In this document: positions 1 to 9,726 of the stretch, piece after piece | How positions within the stretch are numbered: the first letter of the stretch is position 1 | Layout of the letters: each line of letters starts with the position of its first letter | Assembly: GCA_040218145.1 (NCBI GenBank) | Contig: JAVJQK010000024.1 | Span: 19,616 to 83,615 of the forward strand | Source of the DNA: Sandaracinaceae bacterium | GTDB taxonomy: Bacteria > Myxococcota_A > Polyangia > Polyangiales > Sandaracinaceae | DNA: 64,000 nt | Reading direction: 5' to 3' | Program-made: the position numbers and the translations under genes | The notes under the pieces: generated by a model | What the model saw: only the letters and a program-made list of their open reading frames with translations | What the model was told of the DNA's origin: nothing | Database searches by the model: none

Positions 1-529
1 CTTCAACGTGCCCTTCGATCACCTCTACGCGATGCCGGTATTCCTGAACTACCTGCAGCCGAAGCTGCAGCCCGGAAGCGTGTGTGTCTCGCCCGACGCG
101 GGTGGGGTGGAGCGCGCGCGCGCCTACGCGAAGCGGCTGGGCTCGGAGCTCGCCATCATCGACAAGCGCCGCGCGGCCGCGAACGTCAGCGAGGTCATGA
201 ACATCGTCGGCGCGGTCGAGGGCCGCGACTGCGTGATCATCGACGACATGGTCGACACCGCCGGCACGCTCACCAACGCCGCCAAGGCGCTGATGGAGCG
301 CGGCGCGAAGCGTGTCTTCGCAGCGGCCACGCACCCGGTCCTCTCGGGTCCGGCCATCGACCGCATTCGCGACTCGGTCATCGAAGAGGTCGTCGTCACC
401 GACACCATCCCGCTCCGCGAAGAAGCGCTGAACGTCGGCAAGTTCAAGGTGCTCTCGGTCTCGCGTCTCCTCGGCGAGGCGATCAAGCGCATCCACAACT
501 CCGACTCGGTGTCCTCTCTCTTCGTCTGA
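1..529 (+). CDS. prs: Ribose-phosphate pyrophosphokinase (PRPP synthetase), C-terminal part; truncated at window start
   Basis: Translation contains the PRPP-binding loop [12 protein letters not shown]. The conserved prs-rplY-pth order follows. Confidence 0.85.
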   Translation, partial: FNVPFDHLYAMPVFLNYLQPKLQPGSVCVSPDAGGVERARAYAKRLGSELAIIDKRRAAANVSEVMNIVGAVEGRDCVIIDDMVDTAGTLTNAAKALMERGAKRVFAAATHPVLSGPAIDRIRDSVIEEVVVTDTIPLREEALNVGKFKVLSVSRLLGEAIKRIHNSDSVSSLFV

Positions 530-780
530 GCGCTCCGCGCTCGACAAATCGCTTCGCGATCCTTTGGGCCGGAGGGCTGGACGCGGTCGCGCCTGTCGTC
601 GGCGTGCGTTCCGGGTTGGCGTCCTTTCGCCGCTTGCCCGCGCGCCGCAGCCGTCGCGAGGCGAGCCCGCTCGTGGTCGATCCGTGCTCGGGGCGAGACC
701 GGCGTGGGCGAGGGGAGGAGAAGACGAGGTTCCGCTCTCTTGGCCACAACCGAGATCTGGCGTCCGCGCCCCCGCCACCT

Positions 781-1335
781 CGTCCGCGACCGACTGAGTC
801 CGCCACCTCGTCCGCGACCGCCACCGAGTCCGCCACTTAGCTAGTCCGCGACCGAGCCGGCGACCGCCACCGAGTCCGCCACCGCGTCTGCGACCGCGTC
901 CGCCACCGAGTCGGCGACCGCCGCCGCGTCTGCGACCGCGTCCGCCACCGAGTCCGCCACCGCGTCTGCGACCGCGTCCGCCACCGAGTCCGCCTCCGAG
1001 TCCGCCTCCGAGTCCGCCATCGAGTCGGCGACCGCCACCGAGTCCGCCACCGCGTCTGCGACCGCGTCCGCCACCGCGTCTGCCACCGAGTCCGCCACCG
1101 AGTCCGCCTCCGAGTCCGCCTCCGAGTCCGCCTCCGAGTCCGCCACCGAGTCCGCCTCCGAGTCCGCCTCCGAGTCCGCCTCCGAGTCCGCCTCCGAGTC
1201 CGCCACCGCGTTCGTCGCCGAGTCCGCCACCGCGTCCGCCACCGCGTTCCGCCACCGCGTTCCGCCACCGCGTTCCGCCACCGCGCCCGCGTCAGCCACG
1301 CGCCCGCCACCGAGTTTGGCGACCGCGATCGCCAC
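781..1335. repeat. Imperfect tandem array of 6/12-nt units (GAGTCCGCCACC / GAGTCCGCCTCC / GCGTCTGCGACC)
   Basis: Direct reading shows dozens of consecutive units. ORFs on both strands encode only low-complexity ADSE/ADSV or RRTR runs. Confidence 0.8.
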
Positions 1336-1507
1336 CCATACGTGACCGATCAGCGAAGGCGGGATGCGGCGCGCGACGGCGCGAGACACGGCCTCGCCGC
1401 GGGGCTCGCGCTTCTCAGCTGAGGGTCGCCTTGAGGGCGGAGGGCGTCATGCCCTCGAGCGGCAGCGCGAAGACGTCGCGATGGGTACCGAGCCGATCGA
1501 AGGCCCA

Positions 1508-2076
<569 letters not shown>

Positions 2077-2348
2077 GACCGCGGTGTCCGACCCGCGAGC
2101 GCGCCCGACTCCGCCGCCCGTGTGTGCATCCAGCGCACGGCTGGGATTGCGTCCTACAGCGACGCGGCGCGTTGGCCCCGCTCCCCCGAGCTGACCTTCC
2201 GGACCACGTGGCCGAGGGCAGGCTCTCGCCTGCGGCGGGCGCCCATGCGAAGCGCGCCGCGCTGGCGACGCCGCGGGATTCGTGTCATGAGGCCGAGCCC
2301 CCGAGGCGGTGATCCGTCCGGGGCCCACTCGAAAGGAAGAGACGAATC

Positions 2349-2954
2349 ATGGATGCCAAGACGCTATCGGCTGAGGTCCGCGAGCACCGCGGAAAGGGGC
2401 CGGCGCGTCAGCTCCGCAACCGCGGGCTGATTCCGGCCGTGTTCTATGGACCCGAAACCGAGACGGTGGCGATCAGCTGCTCGCCGGTGGAGCTCGAGCG
2501 GCTCATCACCGGCAAGTACGCGCGCAACCAGCTCATCGAGCTCGAGGTCGCCGGCGACAAGAAGCTCGCCGTGGTGAAGGACCTCGAGGTCGACCCGGTC
2601 ACGCGCGAGCTGCTGCACGCCGACTTCTACTCGGTCTCCAAGGAGCGCGCGGTCAACACGACCGTGCCGTTCGAGACCAAGGGTCGGGCGCTCGGTGTCC
2701 AGAAGGGCGCGGCGCTGCGGAAGCACTACCGCGAGCTGCCCATCAAGGCGTTCCCGCAGAACGTCCCCGCCGCGATCGTGCTCGACGTCGCGCCGCTCGA
2801 CATGGGCGCCGTCGTCCGCGTCTCGGACCTCGTGCTCGACGAGGGTGTCGAGGTCACCTACCCGCCGACCCGCCGCGTTCTCATGATCGAGGCCAAGGAG
2901 CGGAAGAAGAAGGAAGACGAGGAAGAGACCGCCGAGGCGGCTCCCGCAACCTGA
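2349..2954 (+). CDS. rplY: 50S ribosomal protein L25 / general stress protein Ctc, with K/E-rich C-terminal tail
   Basis: N-terminus is L25-like (AEVREHRGKGPARQLRNRGLIPAVFYG). RBS AGGAAGAG lies upstream of the ATG. pth follows. Confidence 0.9.
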   Translation: MDAKTLSAEVREHRGKGPARQLRNRGLIPAVFYGPETETVAISCSPVELERLITGKYARNQLIELEVAGDKKLAVVKDLEVDPVTRELLHADFYSVSKERAVNTTVPFETKGRALGVQKGAALRKHYRELPIKAFPQNVPAAIVLDVAPLDMGAVVRVSDLVLDEGVEVTYPPTRRVLMIEAKERKKKEDEEETAEAAPAT

Positions 2955-2971
2955 GCGACGTGAGTCGTGGG

Positions 2972-2997
2972 CCGGGCGCTCCATCGTGAGCGCCCGG
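2972..2997 (+). terminator. Hairpin (10-bp stem CCGGGCGCTC/GAGCGCCCGG) between rplY and pth; no T-tract, possible attenuator or processing site
   Basis: Perfect inverted repeat read in sequence. Confidence 0.35.
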
Positions 2998-3010
2998 CGA
3001 CTGACTGGCC

Positions 3011-3598
3011 GTGTTCCTCTTCGTCGGACTGGGCAACCCGGGCCCCAAGTACGCCGCCAACCGCCACAACGTGGGGTTCATGGTGGTGGAGCGCCTCGCC
3101 GGCGCCGAGCCTTTCCGCGAGAAGCTGCCCTTCCGTGTGCAGCTGAAGGGGCGCTTCGCCAAGGTCCGCCTCGCGGGCGAGGACGTCGTGCTCCTCGAGC
3201 CGCTGACCTTCATGAACGACTCCGGGGAGTCGGTTCAGGCGGCGATGGCCTTCTTCGAGGTCCCCCTCGAGCGCGTCCTCGTCGTGCACGACGAGCTGGA
3301 CCTGCCCTTCGAGACGGTGCGCTTGAAACGGGGCGGCGGGGCGGCGGGGCACAATGGGCTCAAGTCCATCATCCAGCACTGCGGCGGGCCGGACTTCCTG
3401 CGCCTCCGGGTCGGCATCGGCCGGCCCGAGCGGGGCGCCGTGTACCAACACGTGCTGAGCGATTTCTCATCCGACCCGTCATCCGACGAGGGCGCCCGCT
3501 TGCCCGATGTGCTAGAAGACGCGACCCGCGCCGCGAAGGCGGTCATCGAGGTCGGCATCTCGGCCGCGATGAACGAAGTCAACGCGCGGAATCGGTAA
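3011..3598 (+). CDS. pth: Peptidyl-tRNA hydrolase
   Basis: GTG start. LFVGLGNPGPKYAANRHNVGF is the Pth signature. Confidence 0.9.
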   Translation: MFLFVGLGNPGPKYAANRHNVGFMVVERLAGAEPFREKLPFRVQLKGRFAKVRLAGEDVVLLEPLTFMNDSGESVQAAMAFFEVPLERVLVVHDELDLPFETVRLKRGGGAAGHNGLKSIIQHCGGPDFLRLRVGIGRPERGAVYQHVLSDFSSDPSSDEGARLPDVLEDATRAAKAVIEVGISAAMNEVNARNR

Positions 3599-3680
3599 CC
3601 TGAAAACCAGCGTCGCGGTCTCGAGAGTCCGCGGCTCCTCGCTCTCGCCTGGTGCGGGGGCATTGCCCGAGAGGAACTTC

Positions 3681-4295
3681 ATGAGCGCAGCAACCACGCA
3701 GCTCGCGCGCGAGTACGAGCTCGTCTACATCCTGCGGCCGTCGGTGAACCCGTCGGACGCCCGCAAGGTGGCAGACCGCATCACCCAGATCGTCGACAAC
3801 CGTGGCGCCAAGCTCACGCGCGTCGACAACTGGGGCAAGCGCAAGCTGGCCTACCCCATCAAGAAGCACACGCGCGGCCACTTCGTCCTGGTCAAGCTCG
3901 TCGGCGGCAACGACGTCGTCGCGGAGCTCGAGCGGAACCTCCGCAACCTCGACGACGTGATGCGCTGGCAGACGATCCGCACCGAGGTCGAGCACGACCT
4001 GGGCAGCCTCGAGGTCGACCCGGACGAGGTCGAGTTCAAGGACATCGAGGCGAGCGAAGAGGACGAGCAGGACCCGACGTTCGAGGAGCGCCTCGGCATG
4101 AAGCCGCGTGAGCGTCACGAGGCCAAGGCGGACCGGGACTCGGACGACAGTGACTCGGACGACGACAGCGACTCGGACGACAGCGACTCGGACGACGACA
4201 GCGACTCGGCTTCGAAGTCGGATTCGAAGTCGGATTCGAAGAGCGAGTCCGACGCCGAGGCGAAGGATGACGACGCGAAATCGGAGGAGGAGTAA
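3681..4295 (+). CDS. rpsF: 30S ribosomal protein S6 with ~80-aa acidic D/S-rich C-terminal extension
   Basis: S6 core (YELVYILRP...[10 protein letters not shown]). RBS GAGGAA before ATG 3681. Tail [17 protein letters not shown]... Confidence 0.9.
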   Translation: MSAATTQLAREYELVYILRPSVNPSDARKVADRITQIVDNRGAKLTRVDNWGKRKLAYPIKKHTRGHFVLVKLVGGNDVVAELERNLRNLDDVMRWQTIRTEVEHDLGSLEVDPDEVEFKDIEASEEDEQDPTFEERLGMKPRERHEAKADRDSDDSDSDDDSDSDDSDSDDDSDSASKSDSKSDSKSESDAEAKDDDAKSEEE

Positions 4296-4297
4296 TC

Positions 4298-4594
4298 ATG
4301 GCTGACGACAACGACGCCGGAGTCGGCGACATCGTTCGCAAGGCGAGCCGCGCGGACGACCCGCTCGGGATCCGTCGCAAGTCCGGCCGCAAGCGCGCCC
4401 CCGCGTTCGTGAACGAGACGGACTTCGTCTTCGACTACAAGGACCCGCAGACCCTGCGCCACTTCATCACGGAGCGCGGCAAGATCGTGCCCCGGCGCAT
4501 CAGCGGCCTGACGGCGAAGCAGCAGCGCGAGCTCACGCGCCAGATCAAGCGCGCGCGCATGATCTCGCTGCTGCCCTACACGGCGGTGAGGTGA
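4298..4594 (+). CDS. rpsR: 30S ribosomal protein S18
   Basis: RBS GGAGGAG. S18 motif [43 protein letters not shown]. Confidence 0.92.
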   Translation: MADDNDAGVGDIVRKASRADDPLGIRRKSGRKRAPAFVNETDFVFDYKDPQTLRHFITERGKIVPRRISGLTAKQQRELTRQIKRARMISLLPYTAVR

Positions 4595-4597
4595 GCC

Positions 4598-5059
4598 ATG
4601 GCGAAGACCACGGTCCAGGTGGTGCTCCGCGACGACGTGGAGAACCTCGGTCGCTCCGGTGAGCTCGTTCGAGTGAAGCCGGGCTACGCCCGCAACTTCC
4701 TCCTCCCGCGCGGTCTCGCGGCGGTCGCCACCCATGGCAACGTCGCGCGGATCGAGCACGAGAAGAAGGCCGCCGTCGCGCGGGCCAAGAAGCTGCGCGC
4801 CTCCGCTGAAGAGCGGAAAGCGGAGCTGTCGAAGGTCAGCGTCCAGATCGCCGCGCAGGCGGGCGAGAACCAGAAGCTCTTCGGGTCGGTCGGCTCGAAG
4901 GACATCGCCGAGGCGCTCGCGGCCAAGGGTGTCGAGGTGGATCGCAAGAAGATCCAGCTCGACGAGCCCATCAAGGAGCTCGGCGATCACGAGGTCACGA
5001 TCAAGATCGGCTACGAGGTGACGGCGACCATCAAGGTCGCGGTCGTCGCGGCCAGCTGA
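4598..5059 (+). CDS. rplI: 50S ribosomal protein L9
   Basis: MAKTTVQVVLRDDVENLGRSGELVRVKPGYARNFLLPRGLA is the L9 N-domain. Confidence 0.92.
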   Translation: MAKTTVQVVLRDDVENLGRSGELVRVKPGYARNFLLPRGLAAVATHGNVARIEHEKKAAVARAKKLRASAEERKAELSKVSVQIAAQAGENQKLFGSVGSKDIAEALAAKGVEVDRKKIQLDEPIKELGDHEVTIKIGYEVTATIKVAVVAAS

Positions 5060-5080
5060 GCGCTCGACTCGTGAAGGAGC

Positions 5081-5116
5081 GGGGTGATCGGCGTCGGCCG
5101 GTCACCCCGTTTCTCA
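5081..5116 (+). terminator. Candidate intrinsic terminator after rplI (stem GGGGTGA...TCACCCC followed by GTTTCTC)
   Basis: Inverted repeat plus a weak T-tract, seen in sequence. Confidence 0.4.
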
Positions 5117-5234
5117 TTCCGTCCCTCTTCCTCGTTCCGTCCGTCGTTTCCGTCAGTCCACACGGACCCGCAGCGTCCGTATCCTCGATGCGACCTTCCC
5201 CGAGCCGCACTCTGGTGTTAAACCGGTCCGTTCC

Positions 5235-6704
5235 ATGGTGATGCCCGATCCGCAGTCTTTCGATCCCGGGCCTTTCGGTGGCGAGCGACCGTCCGGTGGC
5301 GGCCGCGTCCCGCCCCACTCGCTCGACGCGGAGCGCGCCGTGCTCGGCGGGATCATGCTCGAGAACAACGCGCTCAACTCGGCGACGCAGATCCTCTCGC
5401 CCGAGGACTTCTACAGCCGCGCGAACGCGACCATCTTCGAGGGCATGGTGGAGCTCTTCCGCCGCTCGATGCCGGTGGACCTCGTCACGCTCCGCGCGTG
5501 GCTCGTCGACCGCGGCGCGCTGCAGAAGGGTGGCGGAGACGAGCACCTCCTCTCGCTCACCGAGACCATCCCCACGGTCGAGAACATCGAGCACCACGCC
5601 ATCATCGTGCGCGACAAGGCGGTGGTCCGGCGGCTCATCACGCGCTGCCACGAGATCGCGGCCAAGGGCTACGGCGACTACGGCCCGGTGGAGGAATTCG
5701 TCGACGAGGCGGAGAAGCAGATCTTCGACGTCGCCAAGCAGTCGGCGCGCGCGCCCTACGAGCACATCAAGGACGTGGTGATCCGGACCTTCGAGCAGGT
5801 CACCACCGCGGCGGAGCGCAAAGAGAAGATCACCGGCATGCCGACGGGCTTCACCAAGCTCGACAAGATGACGGCCGGCCTCAAGGGCGGCGAGCTGATC
5901 ATCGTCGCCGGGCGCCCCGGCATGGGCAAGACGGCGTTCGCGCTCAACGTCGCGCTCAACGCGTGCGCGGCGCGCGACTCACCGGTGGCGGTGTTCTCGC
6001 TCGAGATGGCCAAGGAGGAGCTCGCCCGTCGTCTCCTCTGCAGCGAGGCGCGCGTCGACGGCGGTCGGATGCGGACCGGCATGCTCAGCCGCGAGGACTG
6101 GACGCGGCTGACCAGCGCGGCGGGGACGCTGACCAACCTCGGCCTCTACATCGACGACACGCCCGCGCTGAGCATCACGGAGCTCCGCGGCAAGGCGCGG
6201 CGCCTCAAGTCCGAGCACGGCCTCGGTCTCATCGTGATCGACTATCTCCAGCTGATGCGCGCCGGCTCCAAGGTGGAGAGTCGCGAGAAGGAGATCTCGG
6301 AGATCAGCCGGTCGCTCAAGGGGCTGGCGAAGGAGCTGTCCATCCCCGTGATGGCGCTCTCGCAGCTCAACCGCGGCGTCGAGACGCGGAGCGGCAAGGA
6401 CAAGCGGCCGCAGATGAGCGACCTCCGTGAGTCCGGCGCGATCGAGCAGGACGCGGACGTGATCATGTTCATCTACCGCGAGGAGTTCTACAACCGCGAC
6501 GATCCGGAGCTTCGCGGCATGGCCGAGGTGATCATCGGCAAGCAGCGCGCGGGCCCCGTCGGCATCGTCAAGTGCCGCTTCTTCCACGAGTACACGCGCT
6601 TCGAGAACCTCGCCGACGAGGACTACGACGACGGCTACGGCGGCGGTGGGGGCGGCGGCGCGCCGGCCATCGATCCGGGCCCCGACGACTTCGCGGATCC
6701 CTGA
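5235..6704 (+). CDS. dnaB: Replicative DNA helicase DnaB, with Gly-rich C-terminal tail
   Basis: Walker A GRPGMGKTAF. DnaB motifs (LAKEL.IPV.ALSQLNR, DLRESGAIEQDAD). Conserved rpsF-rpsR-rplI-dnaB order. Confidence 0.92.
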   Translation: MVMPDPQSFDPGPFGGERPSGGGRVPPHSLDAERAVLGGIMLENNALNSATQILSPEDFYSRANATIFEGMVELFRRSMPVDLVTLRAWLVDRGALQKGGGDEHLLSLTETIPTVENIEHHAIIVRDKAVVRRLITRCHEIAAKGYGDYGPVEEFVDEAEKQIFDVAKQSARAPYEHIKDVVIRTFEQVTTAAERKEKITGMPTGFTKLDKMTAGLKGGELIIVAGRPGMGKTAFALNVALNACAARDSPVAVFSLEMAKEELARRLLCSEARVDGGRMRTGMLSREDWTRLTSAAGTLTNLGLYIDDTPALSITELRGKARRLKSEHGLGLIVIDYLQLMRAGSKVESREKEISEISRSLKGLAKELSIPVMALSQLNRGVETRSGKDKRPQMSDLRESGAIEQDADVIMFIYREEFYNRDDPELRGMAEVIIGKQRAGPVGIVKCRFFHEYTRFENLADEDYDDGYGGGGGGGAPAIDPGPDDFADP

Positions 6705-6732
6705 GACCGCGCCGCGTGCGGTAGTCTGAGCC

Positions 6733-8721
6733 GTGGCCGACGAGCCGGTGTCCGAGGAGAGCTCAGCAGAGGATCAGGGCCCCGCCCTCGGGACGGTGCT
6801 CGAGGGCCGCTATGAGCTCGTCGACCATCTCGGCCAGGGAGGCGTGGGCTGGGTCTATCGCGCCAAGCACCTGCGCCTCGACACCGAGGTGGCGATCAAG
6901 ATGCTGCAGGCGCCCTACGCGCAGCACGAGCTCTTGCGTCCGCGGTTCGAGCGCGAGGCGCAGGCGCTGGCCGCGCTGCGCCACCCCAACATCGTCTCGC
7001 TGACCGACTACAGCATCGCGGCGGACGGCCACCCCTACCTCGTGATGGAGCTGCTCGAGGGCCGTACGCTCACGGAGCTGATCGGGGAGGGCCCGGTGCC
7101 GGAGGATCGCGCCCGGCGTGTGCTCTCGGGCACGCTCGACGCGCTGATCTACGCGCACGGTCGCGGCTTCGCGCACCGGGATCTGAAGCCGGGCAACATC
7201 TTCCTGGTCGAGCTCCCGACCGACCCCGACCACGTGAAGATCCTCGACTTCGGCTTCGTGAAGCTGATGGGCGCGGCGGAGACCGAGAGCCGCCCCGCGC
7301 TGACGCGCAGCGGCATCGCGTTCGGCACGCCGAGCTACATGTGCCCCGAGCAGGCGACCGGCGCGCCGACGGATCCGCGCGCCGATCTCTACGCGGCGGG
7401 CGTGGTCTTCTTCGAGATGCTCGCCGGTCGCAAGCCCTACGTGGGCGAGATCCCCGAGGTGATCCGCGCGCACCTCACCGAGCCGGTGCCGGCGCTCTCG
7501 GTCGGAGGCGCGCCGATCGCGGCGTCGCCGCCGCTGCGCGAGCTCTTCGAGCGGGCGATGGCCAAGGCGCCGGGCGATCGATACCAGAGCGCGCGCGAGA
7601 TGAAGTCCGCCCTCGAGGCGCTCCCCTCACCGTGCACCCGCCCCGCCTCGGGGCAGCTGGTGACGACGGACATCTCGATCGTCGAGGAGCACACCGAGCC
7701 CGCGACGCCGGCGCAGGTGATGAAGGCGCGCGCCGCGTCGGAGGACTCCATTCGCATCCCCCAGAAGCGAGGGCCGCTGGGGTGCCTGTTCGCGCTGGTC
7801 GCGATCGCGGCCGCGGTCGGAGGGGGCTGGTGGTACGCGCACGAGAGGGGCTGGGGGCCCGAAGAGATGTGGGCCGCGCTCTCGAGCCGGGTGGGGGGAG
7901 GAGAGGACGGCGCGGCCGCGGGGGCTTCGGATCGCTCTGGGTCCGCGCCGGAGTCGGATCCCGCGTCCGCATCCGATCCCGCTTCCGATCCCGCGTCCGC
8001 TTCCGATCCCGCATCCGCGACCGATCCCGCATCCGCATCCGCGGCCGATCCCGCATCCGCATCCGCTTCCGCGACCGATCCCGCGTCCGCGTCCGATCCC
8101 GGATCCGCCTCCGCGACCGATCCCGGATCCGCCTCCGCGACCGATCCCGCATCCGCGACCGATCCCGCATCCGCCTCCGCGACCGATTCCGCATCCGCTT
8201 CCGCGACCGATCCCGCTTCCGATCCCGACGTCGATCCGGCGTCCGATCCAACCGCCCTCGACGGGGCCCCAGACCCCGAGCGCAGCCCATGGCGCACCGC
8301 TCCCGCCGACGCGACGCTCTCCGCGGCGCGGCGACGCGTGGTCGAGACCGGGCGGCCTCTCTCCGCCGCGGCGGAGCGTCGGCTGCGGCGCTACGTGCGG
8401 GAGCATCGGAGCGATCCGCGCTCGCATCTCGTGCTCGCCGAGCACTTCCTGGCCCGGGGCTTCGAGACGGCCGCGGTGCAGCGCTACTCGCTCGCGCAGC
8501 GCGTCGACGAGGACGCGAAGCACGACCCGCGCATGCTCGCGAACCTCGTGCACCTCGCGTCTCGGCCGACCACCTCGGCGCAGGCCGCCGCGCTCCTCCG
8601 GGACATCTATGGCGAAGCCGGGCTCGCGGCCGTCGACGCGCGCCTCGCGTCGGGCGAGCTGGACGAGGAGCATCGCGCGAGGCTGCGGGCGTCTCGCGCC
8701 GTGGTGGCCGCGCCTCCGTAG
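6733..8721 (+). CDS. Ser/Thr protein kinase with TM segment, (DPASAS)n low-complexity linker and C-terminal helical domain
   Basis: Kinase subdomains LGQGGVGWVYRA...AIK, HRDLKPGNIF, DFG. The 18-nt coding tandem repeat spans roughly 7930-8230. Confidence 0.85.
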   Translation: MADEPVSEESSAEDQGPALGTVLEGRYELVDHLGQGGVGWVYRAKHLRLDTEVAIKMLQAPYAQHELLRPRFEREAQALAALRHPNIVSLTDYSIAADGHPYLVMELLEGRTLTELIGEGPVPEDRARRVLSGTLDALIYAHGRGFAHRDLKPGNIFLVELPTDPDHVKILDFGFVKLMGAAETESRPALTRSGIAFGTPSYMCPEQATGAPTDPRADLYAAGVVFFEMLAGRKPYVGEIPEVIRAHLTEPVPALSVGGAPIAASPPLRELFERAMAKAPGDRYQSAREMKSALEALPSPCTRPASGQLVTTDISIVEEHTEPATPAQVMKARAASEDSIRIPQKRGPLGCLFALVAIAAAVGGGWWYAHERGWGPEEMWAALSSRVGGGEDGAAAGASDRSGSAPESDPASASDPASDPASASDPASATDPASASAADPASASASATDPASASDPGSASATDPGSASATDPASATDPASASATDSASASATDPASDPDVDPASDPTALDGAPDPERSPWRTAPADATLSAARRRVVETGRPLSAAAERRLRRYVREHRSDPRSHLVLAEHFLARGFETAAVQRYSLAQRVDEDAKHDPRMLANLVHLASRPTTSAQAAALLRDIYGEAGLAAVDARLASGELDEEHRARLRASRAVVAAPP

Positions 8722-8808
8722 CTTGCTGTATCGACGGTCGATACGTTGCGGGGGAGGCGTGGGGGAACGACCCTCCGAAGGGGCGGCGATCCGGAGTAGA
8801 GTCGGGGC

Positions 8809-9657
8809 ATGCGACGATGGCAGAGCGGGCTCGCGATGGTTTGCGCATTCGGTTGGTGCGTCGGGTGTGGGGGCGCGACGCCCACGCCCCGCAGCGCCGC
8901 GACGCCGGCGGCGTCGGTCGATCCGGCGGCGTTCCTCGAGCGGGTCGGCGCGGAGTCGACCGCGCTGCTGCAGCGGCCGAGCCTCTCTCTCGACGAGCTC
9001 GAGGCGGCGCGGGTGGAGGCGCGCGGGCAGGAGCGACGACAGGCCACCCGGAACCTCGTCGTCGGGTTGATGTTCGCGGCCCAAGACGCCGAGGGGCGCG
9101 ACGCGAGGCGCCACCGACGCCGCGCCGACCGGCTCGCCGACGCGACCGTGCGCGGGAGCCGGGACCGCGACCTCGCGGCCGAGATCGCCTTCGTGAAGCT
9201 CTGGATGGCCTGGCGGAGCGGAGCGAGGAACGCGGCGAGGCTCGCCGAGCGGTTCACCGAGCGGCACACGCGCTCGGGGCAGCTGGTGGCGCTCGCGTGG
9301 ATGGTGCGGGGCGAGATCGCGTTCGACGAGGAGCGGCACGAGGACGCCGTCGCCGCGTGGCGCTTCGCCTTCGGCCAGATCGGCACGCCGCTCTATGCCT
9401 ACGCGCTCTACCGCACCGCCTCGGCGCGGCAGGCGCTCGGCCAGGCCGACGAGGCGGAGCAGGCGCTGGCCGAGGTGGAGCAGCTCGGCTGTGACGCCGA
9501 GGCGCACGCCGAGATCCGTCGCGTCTCCCTGGCCGCCGCGAGCGAGAACGGGCGCGGCATGCGCGTCGACGTCGACGGAGTGACGCGGCCCGCGGCGTGC
9601 CCGGTGCCGAGCGAGGACGACGAGGAAGAAGAGCAGGGCTGGCGACCGGCGGAGTGA
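8809..9657 (+). CDS. Hypothetical lipoprotein (helical/TPR-like)
   Basis: Signal peptide with lipobox (FGWCVGCGG). No recognisable catalytic motif. Confidence 0.55.
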   Translation: MRRWQSGLAMVCAFGWCVGCGGATPTPRSAATPAASVDPAAFLERVGAESTALLQRPSLSLDELEAARVEARGQERRQATRNLVVGLMFAAQDAEGRDARRHRRRADRLADATVRGSRDRDLAAEIAFVKLWMAWRSGARNAARLAERFTERHTRSGQLVALAWMVRGEIAFDEERHEDAVAAWRFAFGQIGTPLYAYALYRTASARQALGQADEAEQALAEVEQLGCDAEAHAEIRRVSLAAASENGRGMRVDVDGVTRPAACPVPSEDDEEEEQGWRPAE

Positions 9658-9726
9658 CGCCGATCGACGCGCACTTTCCCCATTCGTGGACGGGCGGGTA
9701 TCCTCCCGCGCTGGGATGGAGGGACG

